Shown: positions 63,899 through 64,000 of the stretch, piece by piece | Numbering within the stretch: position 1 is the stretch's first letter | Layout of the letters: each line of letters starts with the position of its first letter | Source: Squalus acanthias | Lineage: Eukaryota | Assembly (NCBI GenBank): GCA_030390025.1 | Contig: CM059433.1 | Location: 13,084,001-13,148,000 of the forward strand | Direction of reading: 5' to 3' | DNA: 64,000 nt | Translations under genes and position numbers: made by a program | Notes under the pieces: model-generated | Told to the model about the DNA's origin: nothing | Database searches by the model: none | The model's input: the letters and a program-made list of their open reading frames with translations, nothing else

Positions 63899-64000
63899 CA
63901 GAGCACGTACCAGTTTGACCTCTGCAATGGGAACACCAGAGGTCCTCTGATGCCATTGTGCAGCAGATAATGCACCGAGTACAAATTTTAGCTGTGTGAG

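Overview
Eukaryotic, vertebrate DNA, almost certainly from a shark or other cartilaginous fish, judged from HER1/CR1 LINEs and HE1-like and Deu-type SINEs. The only host coding sequence I can support is two 72-bp leucine-rich-repeat exons of peroxidasin (PXDN-like, + strand, 46548-46619 and 61890-61961). The rest is presumably intronic and dense with often nested transposable elements: CR1/HER1, L2, RTE and a second CR1-group LINE, two Penelope-like families, three or four tRNA-derived SINEs, and TIR elements with 3-bp target duplications. Main observations: (1) a CR1 LINE with an intact ORF1 ending on a U_UUA_AAC slippery heptamer that leads in the -1 frame into an ATG-less ORF2, plus a tandem-monomer 5' UTR; (2) two families of minimal hammerhead ribozymes in Penelope-like termini, with covariation, some intact on the PXDN sense strand; (3) family 1 target duplications that all start with the element's terminal TG; (4) Harbinger-like MITEs with conserved twin hairpins. 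Repeat boundaries without a stated TSD are approximate, and family names come from motif recognition, not database searches.
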